Source: Malacoraja senta
Taxonomy: Eukaryota
Direction: 5' to 3'
Assembly: GCA_038087875.1 (NCBI GenBank)
Contig: CM075988.1
Location: forward strand, 27,654,001-27,718,000
Length of the DNA stretch: 64,000 bases
Below the pieces are notes generated by a model that saw nothing but the letters and a program-made list of their open reading frames with translations, ran no database searches and was not told the DNA's origin. Positions 26,480 to 39,109 of the stretch are shown here, piece by piece. The first letter of the stretch is position 1; each line of letters begins with the position of its first letter. A program made the translations under genes and the position numbers.

Positions 26480-27350
26480 CTAATTACGACACAAAGTTGA
26501 TTCTTAATTGTCACTAAAATGATACAAAATGTAATTGGCAGCACTGACTCGCCAATAACCTGCTCTCCGACCAATAATCTGCTCATTGATATGCAGTTTG
26601 GATTTGGTCAGAACCTGACCCCATCACAGCCTTGGTTCAAACATGGACGAAAGAGCTGAATTTCTGACGTGAGGTTAGTGTTACCGTGCATGACAATAAT
26701 GCTGCATTTGTCTAAATATGGCAATAAAGAGATTTGGTAAATCTGAAATAAATAGGCATCAAAGGAATAAGGCCTTGGTGTTGTTTCTTACAGAAAGGAA
26801 CAGGCTGTAGTAGCTGGAGATCAGTCATTCTAGCCCCAAGATATCACTGGAGGAGCTCCAAGGCCAAAACATCTTCAGTTGTTTCTTGATCAAAGATCAA
26901 AAGTGAGAATTTTTGCTGATGTTCATTTTCATTAGCTACTCCTCTGCAAATGAATCAACCTATGCTTGAAGCAAGATCACGACGACATTTAGCTATGAGC
27001 TGATAAATGGCCAGTGACACTCATGCCACAAAACCCAATGACCATGTCCGACAGGAGATAATTCAACCATTTGCTCGGCTTTCAATGACATTGGCCCTGT
27101 GATATTCCCTCAGTGTCAACATCTTAGGGGATCACCATTAACTATAACAGTTCTACTGGACCAGCAACATTAATACTGTGGATACAAGAGCAAACCTACA
27201 GCTAGTTTCCTGTGGTGTTTAACATCCCCAAACTACTCTAAGCATGTACAGGATGCAAGTCAGGAGAGTGATGGAATACTCTTCCCTTGCAGCTCTGTTA
27301 ACTCTTAAGGGATTTGACGCATCCCAGGACAAAGCAGCCCACTTGATTTC
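26480..27350 (+). mobile_element. Old CR1/L2-group LINE RT fragment
   Basis: Degraded RT motifs (gctgcatttg, ggagctcc, tttgctgatg) with many stops. Confidence 0.55.
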
Positions 27351-27647
27351 TCGATGAGCTGACATCGACTTGATGGACTGAATGGCCCCCAATATTTGTC
27401 ATGAGGAAATTACAAATATTCGTCTGTGCGATTATACTAAATTGAAAGATGAGCTTATGAAAGAGGAGTAATATTGTCTAACTGACGAAGCCAGAATACA
27501 AATTTTGAAATCTTTCCAAATTTAAATATAAAAATTGGCAATTTTTGTTGTGCCACTTAATTTTAATTGAAAACCTTTAATTGATTATTCATCTGCAATC
27601 AAGTGAATCAAATTAGCCAACTAATTGCAGCCAAATAAGGGGGTTCT

Positions 27648-27775
27648 GATTAAGGGTTCCGACCCAAAACATCGTCTATCAATGTTCTCCAGGCACGCTG
27701 CCTGACCCGCTGAATTACTCCAGTATTTTGTAACTATTTTTTGGTATAAACCAGTATCTTCAGTTCCTTGTTATG
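27648..27775 (+). mobile_element. Solo Penelope terminal cassette, decayed hammerhead motif
   Basis: ctgattaagggttccgacccaaaacatc; flanked by ATAAGGGGGTTCT / ATAAGGAGGTTCT. Confidence 0.75.
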
Positions 27776-28848
27776 ATAAGGAGGTTCTTTTTGTTGTATT
27801 TTGCTATTTCTTTTCATCTGCCTAATCTTTTACATAAACACTGATATTCCAGTAATCAAGATTTGGTGAACTCCAGAGAATAGTTCAAAGTGCATAATGA
27901 CTTCATGTTGCAAGTAGGTTAATAATTATTAATACACATTTAGGGTATACCCAAAGTAGTGGCACTGAATGGCAATTGTAAACTCATGGTGCATATTGTT
28001 GACTACCATCACGACCTGATGGCTTTGTTTATCACAAAGATTAGCATAGGGATACCCACTCTGGGGATTTATATTAAGATCTTGTGAACCATTAGGGACT
28101 TTATGACTATCTGGTAGCATCATGGTTACCATTGCTAGTTTTATTCCAATTTTATTTATTTAACTGATTGCAAATTCCTCTCATGCCACAGCATGGTTTG
28201 AACTTGTGTCTCCAGAGCTCTTGCGTGGATTCTAGGATTGTTAGAACAAATAAGCATTATGCTAATGTGATTCTGAGTCATCTTTGGCTGTGAGGGCTCA
28301 AAGAGTACCAATCATTCCCTTGCAGCCCTAGTCAGCTTTGTCCCCACGTTTTAACTACTCAAACAGGAGTAAGCAATGGTATTAAGTTAAAATAGGTCAG
28401 ATGCACTATCAACTGAGCAAATCATGTTGCACAGAGTATCAAATTACCTTAAAGAGTTTCCGCTGAAAGATGGCGAAATTAGAAATTTAAATTCCATCTG
28501 CATCGTTGTGTGTGTTTGGTCTGCATTTCTGTAGGAACTTGTAACTGCCTGCACAAGTTGGTGCTTTGCCGGGGAATTAATGCTTTGAATGTTCCAGCTA
28601 CTTAATGTCATAGAAAAAAAACTTTTTTGGGAAAAAAAACAAATACTAGACTAAGTGGGACCCATTGGGTCCAATGTTCACACGGGAGGGCTGGTCCCCC
28701 AACGCAATATTCCACCTCTCCACCAATTCCAATATTGGTGGCCAGTGTAGGGGGGGGGGGCTATCTGGAGCGCTAGTATGGGTGTTGTGGGATGAAGGGA
28801 CTGGTTTCCAGAGGGCTAGTATGGACATTGTGGGCCGAATGGATTCTT

Positions 28849-29135
28849 GGGCTGGCAGCTCAGTGACTCAGGCCTGGTGGGCTGACAGATCAGTCACTTG
28901 GGCCTGGTGGGCTGGCAGCTCAGCCACTTGGGCCTGGTGGGCTGGCAGCTCAGTCACTGGGGCCTGGTGGGCTGGCAGCTCAGTCACTCGGGCCTGGTGG
29001 GCTGGCAGCTCAGTCACTCTGGCCTGTTGGGCTGGCAGGTCAGTCACTCGGGCCTGGTGGGCTGGCAGCTCAGTCACTCGGGCCTGGTGGGCTGGCAGCT
29101 CAGTCACTCAGGGCTGGTGGGCTGGCAGCTCAGAA
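28849..29135. repeat. 30-bp minisatellite, ~9.5 copies
   Basis: Unit ggcctggtgggctggcagctcagtcactcg. Confidence 0.95.
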
Positions 29136-29494
29136 ACTGCCAGAAATTCTGCCCAAAACAGGTGAGAGACTGTGAAAGAAGGGGGAGAGGGTGGAGAATC
29201 AATTTTAGAAATTTTTCATCTTTTTCTGAAGATCACAGCAATGAAGGAGGAAAGTCTATCCTGGCCTGGATCTCACAGGGAGCCAATGAAGGGAGGGAGA
29301 AAAATACTGGGGTGAGGTTTAATACTTGCAGGGGGAATACATACTGATGGGCCGAAGGGACCACTGGGCTAGTACAGGCCTGATGGGCACGGACCTTTTG
29401 GGCCAAAATGCTCCTCCTGGGCTAATAAGGGCATTTTGGTCGAAAAGGACTGGTTTCTCGGCTAATAGGGGCCTTGTGGGCCAAAATTAGTGGT

Positions 29495-29900
29495 TTCAGG
29501 CAGGCTAAACAACTCCATTTCATTTCAATTTCAAGCACAGGGCAGGCCAAACAACTCATTTCCATTTCTATTTCAAGCACAGGGCAGGGCAAACAATTCA
29601 TTTCCATTTCAATTTCAAGTACAGGGCAGGCCAAACAACTAATTTCCATTTCAATTTCAAGCACAGGGCAGGCCAAACAACTAATTTCCATTTCCAATTT
29701 CAAGCACAGGGCAGGCCAAACAACTCATTTCATTTTCATTTCATTTCCATTTCCATTGCAGTTTCAAGCACAGGGCAGGCCACACAGCTTATTGCATTTT
29801 CATTTCATTTCCATTTCCATTGCAGTTTCAAGCACAGGGCAGGCCAAACAGCTCATTGCATTTTCATTTCATTTCCATTTCCATTGCAGTTTCAAGAACA
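29495..29900. repeat. Minisatellite with ~42-bp unit lengthening to ~65 bp
   Basis: Unit tttcaagcacagggcaggccaaacaactcatttccatttcaa with internal CATTT expansion. Confidence 0.92.
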
Positions 29901-31640
29901 GGAAGAAAAAATAATTTTTGGGAAGAAAAAATAATTAAGAATGTGAACGAGTCAATTATTCCATTCCACAAGGAGCTATAAAGTTGTGCTTTGTGAACAA
30001 TAATTTATTGCAAGTACATTGCAGACTCACAGTTCAGTTGATTCACAGCTTAGAATCACAGTCGTGGCCTCTCCCTCGCGATCTACCAGAGTGACTGACT
30101 CGCGTCCAGGCATCCGGGGTTTTATAGTCTCTCCCCCCCCCAGGAAGGGGCGTTATCTTCATCATGGTGATTGACAGGCGAGAGGACCAATCAGCCGATC
30201 TCAAGACTTTTTAAACACTCATAACTTTTTTATTTTTCATCGATCGGAAAAATCCTCGGGGCTGCCTCGGCAGAGGAGGACTGAGTAAGATGGCCAAAAA
30301 TCATAGCGATATAGGGTAGCGTTTTTCTAAAATCAATATACAGCGCAGACAGGCAGTGGTCAAGATGAGACTTTTAGTTATATAGATGATACTTGTGACA
30401 GAGCTATGAATAAAACTATTTCGTGTATAAGATATTATGTTTACTAAAATGTTGCTTTCAATTGTTCATGCTTCTGTTTAGTACCAATATGATTTCATAC
30501 TTGGCATGTAAATTGATACTTGAAGATTTAGCTGCAATAAATGAAACATAAGGATTCAGTTTCTATGCAAAAATGAGAGTAACATTTGGGAAGAAAAAAT
30601 AATTAAGAATGTGAACGAGTCAATTATACCATTCCACAAGGAGCTATAAAATTGTACTTTGTGAACAATAATTTGAAATGTTTTACACTTTCTGCTGATG
30701 ACTGAAGAACACACGATGCCCCTTGTTAATGTTAAGGATGAGAACAAAGCATGAAAACCAAGAATAATTTGGTATTATATTTGTACCAAAATGTTTTGGT
30801 GATTTATCAATGTGAGGAATTGTACTCTAAGCCATTCACAGGTAACAAATGGATTCTGATTTTACAGATGTCCATAAGTCGATTGTTAGAAACCACACAA
30901 ATATCATAATATATCATTTTAAAAGATCAAATTTACAATAAAAGTCAGATATAGGATTTTAAAATGTTGTTCAACATTAAAACACAGCATATAGAATTTA
31001 AAATATTTTGATTTTTATGTTTGGACTCAAAATTAAGGTACAGTAAGCCCTTGTTATAACTGACCATACAATTTTAACCACCGTATTGGGGACAGTTATG
31101 AATCGACTTTTGAAGTGAATCATTTCTGTAAACTTAATGTGTGCTTTCCTATCAGCTCTCTGATTAAGAAAATGATATTTTCCAACTTCTGTTTCATACT
31201 GTACGCTTTCCCATATGCTTGTACTTGGCAAGGCTGTGGTCGATACTCAAAACACCCGACTCCGGCTCCTTGATTTCTTGTGTATCCGACTCCGACCCTG
31301 ACCCCTAGGTATAATAATTCTAAATCTGCTATGATGACATTACACAAGATGGCATTTCATAAGTACCACATGAATCATCAGGCTACCTTTTAAACCATGT
31401 ACTTAAAGTTTTGAGTCTAATGGTTGTAGCTATGCTATTGTGGCCTTTTAAAAAAATGTTTATGGAAAAAACCCATAATTCATTATGCTAAAAGAAAAAT
31501 AAATTAATGCAAGGACTATAACAAAATTTAAATTCCATTGAATTAAATAAAAATTATTTAAAAATTCTCAAGTGCAATAGAAATTAAAAGTAAACGCATA
31601 GGTAGTTAAATTTGCTATAAAAGTACATACCTAAAATCTA

Positions 31641-31808
31641 TTAATAACTTGTCCTTAGGAACAGAATTGCTTCTGCCATATCCACTTTCTTTGAAGCCCT
31701 TAAATCTGATTTAATTATTTTCAGTGCAGAGAACAGTCTCTCCACGCTGATCTGAGTAGGTGGTATGGCTGTTACTATCATAGCCGCAAATGCTACTATT
31801 TTCTGGGC
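31641..31808 (-). pseudogene. hAT transposase C-terminal dimerisation-domain fragment
   Basis: VTAIPPTQISVERLFSALKIIKSDLRAS...AILFLR. Confidence 0.85.
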
Positions 31809-31809
31809 A

Positions 31810-32606
31810 GGAAGTGACACAGCTGGCATCCTGGTGCCACCGCAACAACCTGGAGCTCAATGTTCTTAAGTCAGTGGAATTGATTGCAGACTTTAGGAGA
31901 ACTCCCCCTCCCCTCACCCCACTCACCATCAACAACACCACAGTCACATCTGTGGAGTCTTAAGTTCCGGGGAACTATCATCACCAATTACCTTAAATGG
32001 GGGGCCACCATCGACTCCAGTCAAAAAGGCACAACAGAGGATGTACTTCCTGCGGCAGCTGAGGAAGCACAATCAGCTACAGGCAATGATGGTCCAATTC
32101 TATACGGCCATCATAGAATCTGTCCTCACCACCTCCATCATGGTCTGGTTTGGCTTAGCCACCAAGCACGAAATCCGGAGGCTGCAGCGAATCGTTCGAT
32201 CAGCTGAGAAGGTTATTTGCTGCAACCTTCCATTGACGAACTGTACACTGCAAGGGAAGCGAGCGGGTAAGATCATCTCTGACCCCTCTAGCCCTGGCCA
32301 CAAACTCTTTGAATCACTTCCCTCTGGAAGGCGACTCCGGACTGTCAAAGCTGCCACAGCCAGACATAAAAACAGCTTTTTTCCACGAGTAGTAGCTCTG
32401 CTCAATAACCAAAAATCTGTAGCCTCTTTTTGCTCTGGTATTTTATGTAATTCACATGTTTAATCGATAATGTTTTATTAATGTTTAATGTTTTATGTGT
32501 CATTCCTAACTGTCACTATGTCATGTTGTCACTTGCGGGTGGAGAACCAAGGCAAATTCATTGTATGTGAAAACGTGGCCAATAAACTTATTCATTCATT
32601 CATTCA
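31810..32606 (+). mobile_element. Rex1/Babar-like LINE 3' fragment
   Basis: YFLRQLRK...FYTAIIESVLT...LPSGRRLR...NSFFP; aataaa and (TTCA)n tail. Confidence 0.85.
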
Positions 32607-33990
32607 TGAGCAGGGATGACAGGGAATTATAGACCAGTTAGCCTGACATCGGTGGTGGGGAAGATGCTGAAATCAATTATTAAAGAAGTAATAACGGCGC
32701 ATTTGGATAGTAGTGTAAGGATTGGTCCAAGACAGCATGGATTTATGAAGGGGAGATCCTGCTTGACTAATCTTCTGGAATTTTTTGAGGATGTGACAAG
32801 TAAAATGGATGAAGGAGAGCCAGTGGTTGTGGTGTATCTGGACTTTCAGGAAGCCTTTGATAAGGACCCACACAGGAGATTAGTGGGCAAAATTAGAGCA
32901 CATGGTATTGGGGGTAGGGTATTGACATTGATAGAGAATTGGTTGGCAGACAGGAAACCGAAACAAGTCCCTGTCAGAATGGCAGGCACTGGTGAGTGGA
33001 GTGCCGCAAAGCTTGGTGCTGGGGCCGCAACTATTTACAATATTTATTAATGATTTAGATGATGGAATTAAAAGTAACACTAGCAAATTTGCAGATGACA
33101 CAACGCTTGGTGGCAGTGTGAACTGTGAAGAGGATGCTAGAAGTTTTCAGGGTAACTTGGACAGGTTGAGTGAGTGGGCAGATGCATGGCAGATGCAGTA
33201 TAATGTAGATAAATGTGAGGTGATCCACTATGGCGGGCAAGAACAATTATCTCAATGGTGTCAGATTAGGAAAAAGGGAAGAGCAATGAGACCTGGGTGT
33301 CCTTGTACACCAGTCACTGAAAGTAAACATGCAGGGACAGCAGGCAGTGAAGAAAGCTGATGGCATGTTGGCCTTCATAACGAAAGGATTTGCGTATAGG
33401 AGTAAAGAGATCCTTCTGCAGTTGTACAGGGCCCTAGTGAGACCGCACCTGGAATATTGTGTACAGTTTTGGTCTCCTAATTTTAGGAAGGATATCCTTG
33501 CTATTGAGGCAGTGCAGCGCAAGTTCACGAGGTTAATCCCCGGGATGGTGGGACTGTCATGTGAGGAAAGACTGGGCTTGTATTCACTGAAATTTAGGAT
33601 GAGAGTGGATCTTATAGAAACACATAAAATTAGAAAAGGATTGGACAAGCTAGATGCAGGAAAAATATTCCCAATGTTGGGAGAGTCCAGAACCAGGGGC
33701 CACAGTCTAAGAATAAAGGGGAGTCCATTTAAAACTGAGATGAGAAAAAAATGTTTTCACCCAGCGAGTTGTGAATTTGTGGAATTCTCTGCCACAGGAG
33801 GCTAATTCACTGGATGAATTTAAAAGAGAGTTAGATAGAGCTCTTGGGGCTAGCGGAATCATGGGATATGGGGAGAAGGCAGGCACGGGTTACTGATTGT
33901 GGATCAGCCATGATCACAATGAATGGCGGTGCTGGCTCGAAAGGCCGAATGGCCTCTGCCTGCACCTATTTTCAATGTTTCTATTTTTAC
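32607..33990 (+). mobile_element. CR1 LINE, 5'-truncated, frameshifted RT
   Basis: GNYRPVSLTSVVGK, QHGFMKGRSCLTNL, KFADDT, RPHLEYCVQFW; CR1 3' hairpin and tail. Confidence 0.93.
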
Positions 33991-34039
33991 ATTCAACCTC
34001 CCAAAGTGCAGCACCTCACACTTGCTCGGTCATTAAGCC

Positions 34040-34460
34040 AGAGGTAAGGAAGGGCATTGAATATAAGTGTCAGGAAGTCATGATGCAGTTCTGTAGGACT
34101 TTAGAGGCGTCAATAGAAACATATAAAATTATAAAAGGACAGGGCAAGCTAGATGGAAGAAAAATGTTCCGAATGTTGGGGGAGTCCAGAACATGGGGCC
34201 ACAGTCTAAGAATAAAGGGGAGGCCATTTAAAACTGAGATGAGAAAAAAACCTTTTCACCCAGAGTTGTGAATTTGTGGAATTCTCTGCCACAGAAGGCA
34301 GTGGAGGCCAATTCACTGGATGAATTTGAAAGAGTTAGATAGAGCTCTTTGGGTTAGCTGAATCAAGGGGTATGGGGAGAAGGCAGACACGGGTTACTGA
34401 TTCTGGATGATCAGCCATGATCACAATCATGGCTCGAAGGGCCAAATGGCCTCCTGCACC
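34040..34460 (+). mobile_element. CR1 3' fragments (second 3' end of the same subfamily)
   Basis: 34110-34460 is similar to 33612-33985. Confidence 0.85.
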
Positions 34461-34659
34461 TATTTTCGATGTTTCTATGCCCCATCCACACTATTCTCTC
34501 TATCTATTCCTCTTAACATTTTATCCACTTGTAGGGCTTTTATGCAATAGTATTGGTGTTATTAATTTATTGATTTGTATTTATTGCATGGTATCTATGT
34601 ACATTGGGTTAATAGGCCTGTAAATCTGCACTGTAAAAATGTAATTGTTCCACTGTCGG

Positions 34660-35850
34660 TTCATATGACATCCAAGGAAAGATAGCTGAATGGATAGAAA
34701 ATTGGATTCCAGGAAGGAGGCAGAGGGTGATGGTGGAAGTTTGCTTCTCGTACTGGAGGCCTGTTACTTGTGGTGTACCTCGGGGTTCGGTGCTGGGCCC
34801 GTGACCGTCACTGTTTGACATCAATGATTTGGATGAGAACATACAGGGCAAGATTAGCAAGTTTGCTGATATACAAAAGTGGGTAGTTTTGCAGATAGTG
34901 AAGATGATTGTGAAAAATTGCAGCAGGATCATGGATTGATTGGTGGTGGGCTGAGGAATGGTTGATGGAATTTAATACAGAGAAATGTGAGGTGTTGCAT
35001 TTTGAGAAGGCTAACATGGGCAGGGCCTACACAGTGAATGGTAGGCCTCTGGGTAGTGTTGTGGAGCAGAGGGATCTAGGAGTACAGGAACATAATTCGT
35101 TGAAAGTGGCATCACAGGTAGGTGATCAAAATGGCTTTTGGCACATTGGCCTTTATCAGTCAGAGTATTGTATAGAAGTTGGGAGGTCATGTTGCAAGAC
35201 GTTGGTGAGGTCACATGTAAAGTTTTGTGTTCAATTTTGGTCACTATGTCATAGGAAAGATGTCATCAAGCTGGAAAGTGCACAAAGAAGATTTACGACA
35301 ATGTTGCCAGGTCTAGAGAGTCTGAACTATAGGGAGAGGTTGTGTAGCCATGACTATTCCTTGGAGCGCAGGAGGATGAAGCATGATGAGTAAAATCATG
35401 AGAGGAATAGATCGGGTAGATGCACAGTCTCTTGCCCACTCTACCTATTATTGTGGGTAATTGGCCTAAACGTCGCATGTGGGAGAGATGCCTGCTGTGT
35501 TTTTAAAAACAGGTTGTTTTTGTGATCAAAATTTAATTGCAGGTACATAGCTCCTTGAAGGTGGTGTCACAGGTAGACAGGGTGGTCAAGAAGGCTTTCG
35601 GTACATTGGCCTTCATCAGTCAGAGCATTGAGTATAGAGTATTGTATTTAGTTTTGGTCACCGTATTATAGGAAAGATGTTGTCAAGCTGGAAAGGGTGG
35701 GCAAGGTGGGCCAAAGGGCTTCTTTCCATGCTTTATGACTAAGAAAAAACATTGAATAAAATGAAGTAATTGGATGTTATTTGCATCATGTTCAACACGG
35801 ACATTGTGAGCCGTATGGCCTGTTCCTGTGCTGGACTGTTCTATGCTCTA
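34660..35850 (+). mobile_element. Cluster of CR1 fragments
   Basis: MEFNTEKCEVLHF, QRDLGV, CVQFWS; several 3' ends. Confidence 0.8.
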
Positions 35851-35967
35851 TTATATTCCATAACAAAGGCTATATTCTACAACAATATGCTATATTCTGT
35901 TCTATAATAACTATGATATTTATATTTGTATGCATCAATATAAATGTCATAAGTGAAAGGAATAGAA

Positions 35968-36167
35968 NNNNNNNNNNNNNNNNNNNNNNNNNNNNNNNNN
36001 NNNNNNNNNNNNNNNNNNNNNNNNNNNNNNNNNNNNNNNNNNNNNNNNNNNNNNNNNNNNNNNNNNNNNNNNNNNNNNNNNNNNNNNNNNNNNNNNNNNN
36101 NNNNNNNNNNNNNNNNNNNNNNNNNNNNNNNNNNNNNNNNNNNNNNNNNNNNNNNNNNNNNNNNNNN
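35968..36167. other. Assembly gap (200 N)
   Basis: Run of N; round size suggests a placeholder. Confidence 1.
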
Positions 36168-36789
36168 TCTTTACGCACTCCGACTCCAGCCAGCACCAAA
36201 ATTACTCCAACTCCACGACTCCAACTCCACAGCCCTGGGTACTTGGCATGGATAATTGTAACTGAATAGTACCCTGATGTTGTAGCTGGTTTCTGTCATC
36301 ATAGCCAATGATGCTCCATTCTGTTGCCATCTCTTACCATCATCTTTCATCAGCTGTTTTCCAGCTATTAATGGTTTAGCTAATTCACTGAACTAATGTG
36401 CACGTATCTGTTGCATTTTCCCTGAACTCACTGCTTTAAAGGACTTTGGATGTCGTCTTTTTTTGCTAGTGAAACTTGATATTGTGCATCAAGACATCTA
36501 TATATTTTTTAATACATTTGATCTTTGGATATCTTTTACAATTAATTCCATGGTGTCCAGTCAGCTACCTTTAATACTATAGTTGCAGGCTCATTGTATT
36601 TTAAAATGGGATCTGCTTTACTTTGTCAGATAGTTAAACCTTTGAAAGTGTAATTTTTGCAAATGTATGTCCATACTTTAATGTACATATGGCATGTATG
36701 TTATGATATGGATGGTATTTACGAATGTGATTGATTGGAGAAAGATTCACCAGAATGTTTCCTGGGATGGAATGTTTCAGGTATTTACA

Positions 36790-36928
36790 TAGGCTCTATG
36801 CCCCACAGAATCCTCGCCGATCATCGATCACCTGTTCACATCAGTTCTATGTTATCCTACTTTCCCTACACATTAGCTGCAATTTACAGAGGCCAATTAA
36901 CCTACAGACCCACATATCTTTGGTGTGA
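36790..36928 (-). mobile_element. HE1/V-SINE-like fragment
   Basis: caatttacagaggccaattaacctacagacccac...tctttgg is the reverse V-domain-like segment. Confidence 0.6.
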
Positions 36929-37100
36929 ACATTTTTATTTCCTCCACCAGGATGGGTAACTGGAGATGAGAATTAAAGTCTAGGCACATTTTTTGGATGA
37001 ATAAAAATACGGTAATTAAAATTACACTGCTGAATGAATGTGTATTTGCTGACATCATGTGGTAGTATGGTGCCATTGCACTTTCAGTTTGTTGCTCTAA

Positions 37101-37409
37101 TGGGCCTGTCCCACTTGCCGATTTTTTTTTTGGCAACTGCCGGCGATTGTCATAGTCGTAGAAGGTCGCCGAAAACCGGCAACAACCTACATCATCCTGG
37201 CAACAACCTATGACAGCACCTACATCAGGAGAAGTCAAGCTGCGCTCATTGGCGTCAAACCCACTGTCGCCGAAAATTTTTCAACATGTTGAAAATTTAG
37301 CGGTGACCAAAAAGACGCTACGACTACTCCCAGTGACGACCGGCAAACATGTGGCAACAAACTAGTCGGCTGTAGTTGCCTAAAAAATCGCCTAAGTGGG
37401 ACAGGCCCA
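37101..37409. mobile_element. PIF/Harbinger-type MITE
   Basis: TGGGCCTGTCCCACTT / AAGTGGGACAGGCCCA; TAA TSD (37098-37100, 37410-37412). Confidence 0.9.
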
Positions 37410-37436
37410 TAAGACAGAGCTTCTTAACGTATTTCA

Positions 37437-37642
37437 GTGTGGGGGGGGGGGGGGGGGGGCCGGGGGGGGGGGGGAGGGGGGGGGGCCAGGGGGGTTGTGG
37501 GGGGAGGGGGAGAGTGGTGTGGGGGGCTGTGGGAGGGGATGTGTGGGCCGGGGGGGTTGTGGGGGGAGGGAGGGGGGGGGGCGGGGATAGAATATTCCAC
37601 CACTCACCCATAGCCCGTAACTGCATAGGCGCGGCTCATTTC
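37437..37642. repeat. G-rich low-complexity tract plus a Helitron-derived module
   Basis: G runs, then aatattccaccactcacccatagccc...ctcatttc shared with 21141-21192. Confidence 0.7.
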
Positions 37643-38170
37643 TTGGCAACCAGTGCTTCCCGATATAACAAAGTAAAAAGGTGGAATTCTGGGACTTTTC
37701 TTTGATGCGAGCAGTAGCTCCTTTATGTTTCCCCATCATGACTGCAGCACCGTCTGTTGTCACAGCAACACATTTGCTCCAAGATAAATTTTCATTTTCC
37801 ATGAATTCGTCAAACTTGGAGAAAATAAATTCACCTCTAGTTTGCTCTCCGACTGGCAAGCAAAAGAGATAATGCTCGACAATTTTTTCTTTCATGAGCA
37901 CATGTGCTATTTGAAGAGAGGCAAGAAGAAGAAGTTTTTTAGTCGCAGTCGTTCCTCTTTCTTTCCTTGAGTTTTGAGGAGAGGGTACTTTGAGGAAATG
38001 GTCCTGGTATTTCCTCTTGAGATTACGTTTTTCCTTGCCCGTATCATTAACAGAGTCATCATCTGTAACATACATAACTGCATTTTTAAGTTCACCCTTC
38101 ACAAGTGACTTGTCCCCTGAACATACCTCCTCTTGAGTGCTGTCGTTTCACTTTCTTTCAGAAATGAACT
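37640..38170 (-). pseudogene. hAT Charlie/Buster-type transposase, internally deleted fragments
   Basis: EHYLFCLPV..TRGEFIF..DEFMENENLSWSKCVAVTTDGAAVMMGKHKG and N-terminal KRKYQDHFLK. Confidence 0.85.
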
Positions 38171-38278
38171 ACTTCTGCACACTCTTCCTCTAGATCTTTC
38201 CTCTTTCTTAAGGTCAACAAAGATATAGTGTCTTAATCTGCAAGCAAAGAAAAAACCCCCAGCAAATTCGAATATGTA

Positions 38279-39109
38279 CCATATTTGCCGGTGTCGAAGA
38301 CGCACCTGCGTCGAAGATGCACCCCCATTTGAGTTTCTAAATTTTGAAAAAAAGCTGGCGGGACATGATCAAGGGTTTGGTTTGGTCTGTAGAAAGGAAG
38401 ATGTGAAACTCCTTCAAGGAGGCATTGAGGACTGGGGAGTCTCCATCTTCGCCTGTCCCACATTGCGCTGTGCGGTTCAGGTTTGAGGGACGGGGACTTC
38501 CTGGCTCGGGGAGATCACATAATGGGGAGAGAGAGAGAGCCCGGGACGGAGCAGCCAGCCTTCCACCCAGTAGGTACCCGCCAACCACCGGTTGCGCCTG
38601 TGCCGAAGGTCACCATGGCTGGCTGGCGGGCAGGTCGGCAGAAGGCACTGGGGTGGTGGCCGGTTCCCCTGTCCGGTCCCGGCCACAATGCGGTGGCTCC
38701 GCGCCCGGAGTGCCGCAGCAACGGCGAGTGAGTTGCTGGCATGATCCCCGACCACCTCCTTCTCAACGCTCCTGCCCACCCCGCAACTTTACCCCTGGCG
38801 GCCCAGCCAAGTTTGCTACTTTGTGCAGCGCAGGCCGTGCTGACCCGGGCCAGACTCCCCACACGCTGTGGAAAGGAACTCTTTCTCCCCCCTCCCCCAG
38901 CGGCGCTGTCCTTTTACAGCCGCTTCCCCCTTCGCACAGTTCCAGGGTTGAAGGCGTGGAGGTTCTGTGGAGCAGTCGCTACGAGAGTGGCATTGCTCGG
39001 CCAACTCCGCTCCAAGTCTATCTTGGCTAACAACCTAACCTTTGGCCTCCAAGACGCTGATACATTTTCGGGCCTTATTTTAGGGTAAAAAATAGCCTGG
39101 GAAATACGG
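38279..39109. mobile_element. Tc2/pogo-like non-autonomous element with GC-rich interior
   Basis: TA|CCATATTTGCCGG ... CTGGGAAATACGG|TA; subterminal aagacgc repeats. Confidence 0.75.

Larger units (their letters stand above)
28646..30386 (-). mobile_element. Non-autonomous Helitron
   Basis: 5' TCTATATAACTAAAAGTCTCATCTTG, 3' hairpin ggacccaatgggtcc then CTAG; sits between A and T with no TSD. Confidence 0.85.
31229..36238 (-). mobile_element. hAT transposon remnant hosting nested LINEs and spanning the gap
   Basis: Ends CAAGGCTGTGG / CCACAGCCCTGG, subterminal GACTCC repeats at both ends, GTACTTGG at 31221-31228 and 36239-36246. Confidence 0.75.

Noticed and set aside
28849..29900. Possible CRISPR-like arrays or repeat proteins
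   Set aside because: Units are contiguous with no unique spacers, there are no cas genes, and the context is a vertebrate Helitron.
35781..36269. ORFs crossing the N run
   Set aside because: Artefacts of the gap.
37434..38102. Domesticated ZBED/Buster-like gene
   Set aside because: Internally deleted, frameshifted and runs into low-complexity DNA.
38425..39088. 201-aa ORF or CpG-island promoter
   Set aside because: Contained between TIRs of a MITE; open frames on both strands reflect GC content.
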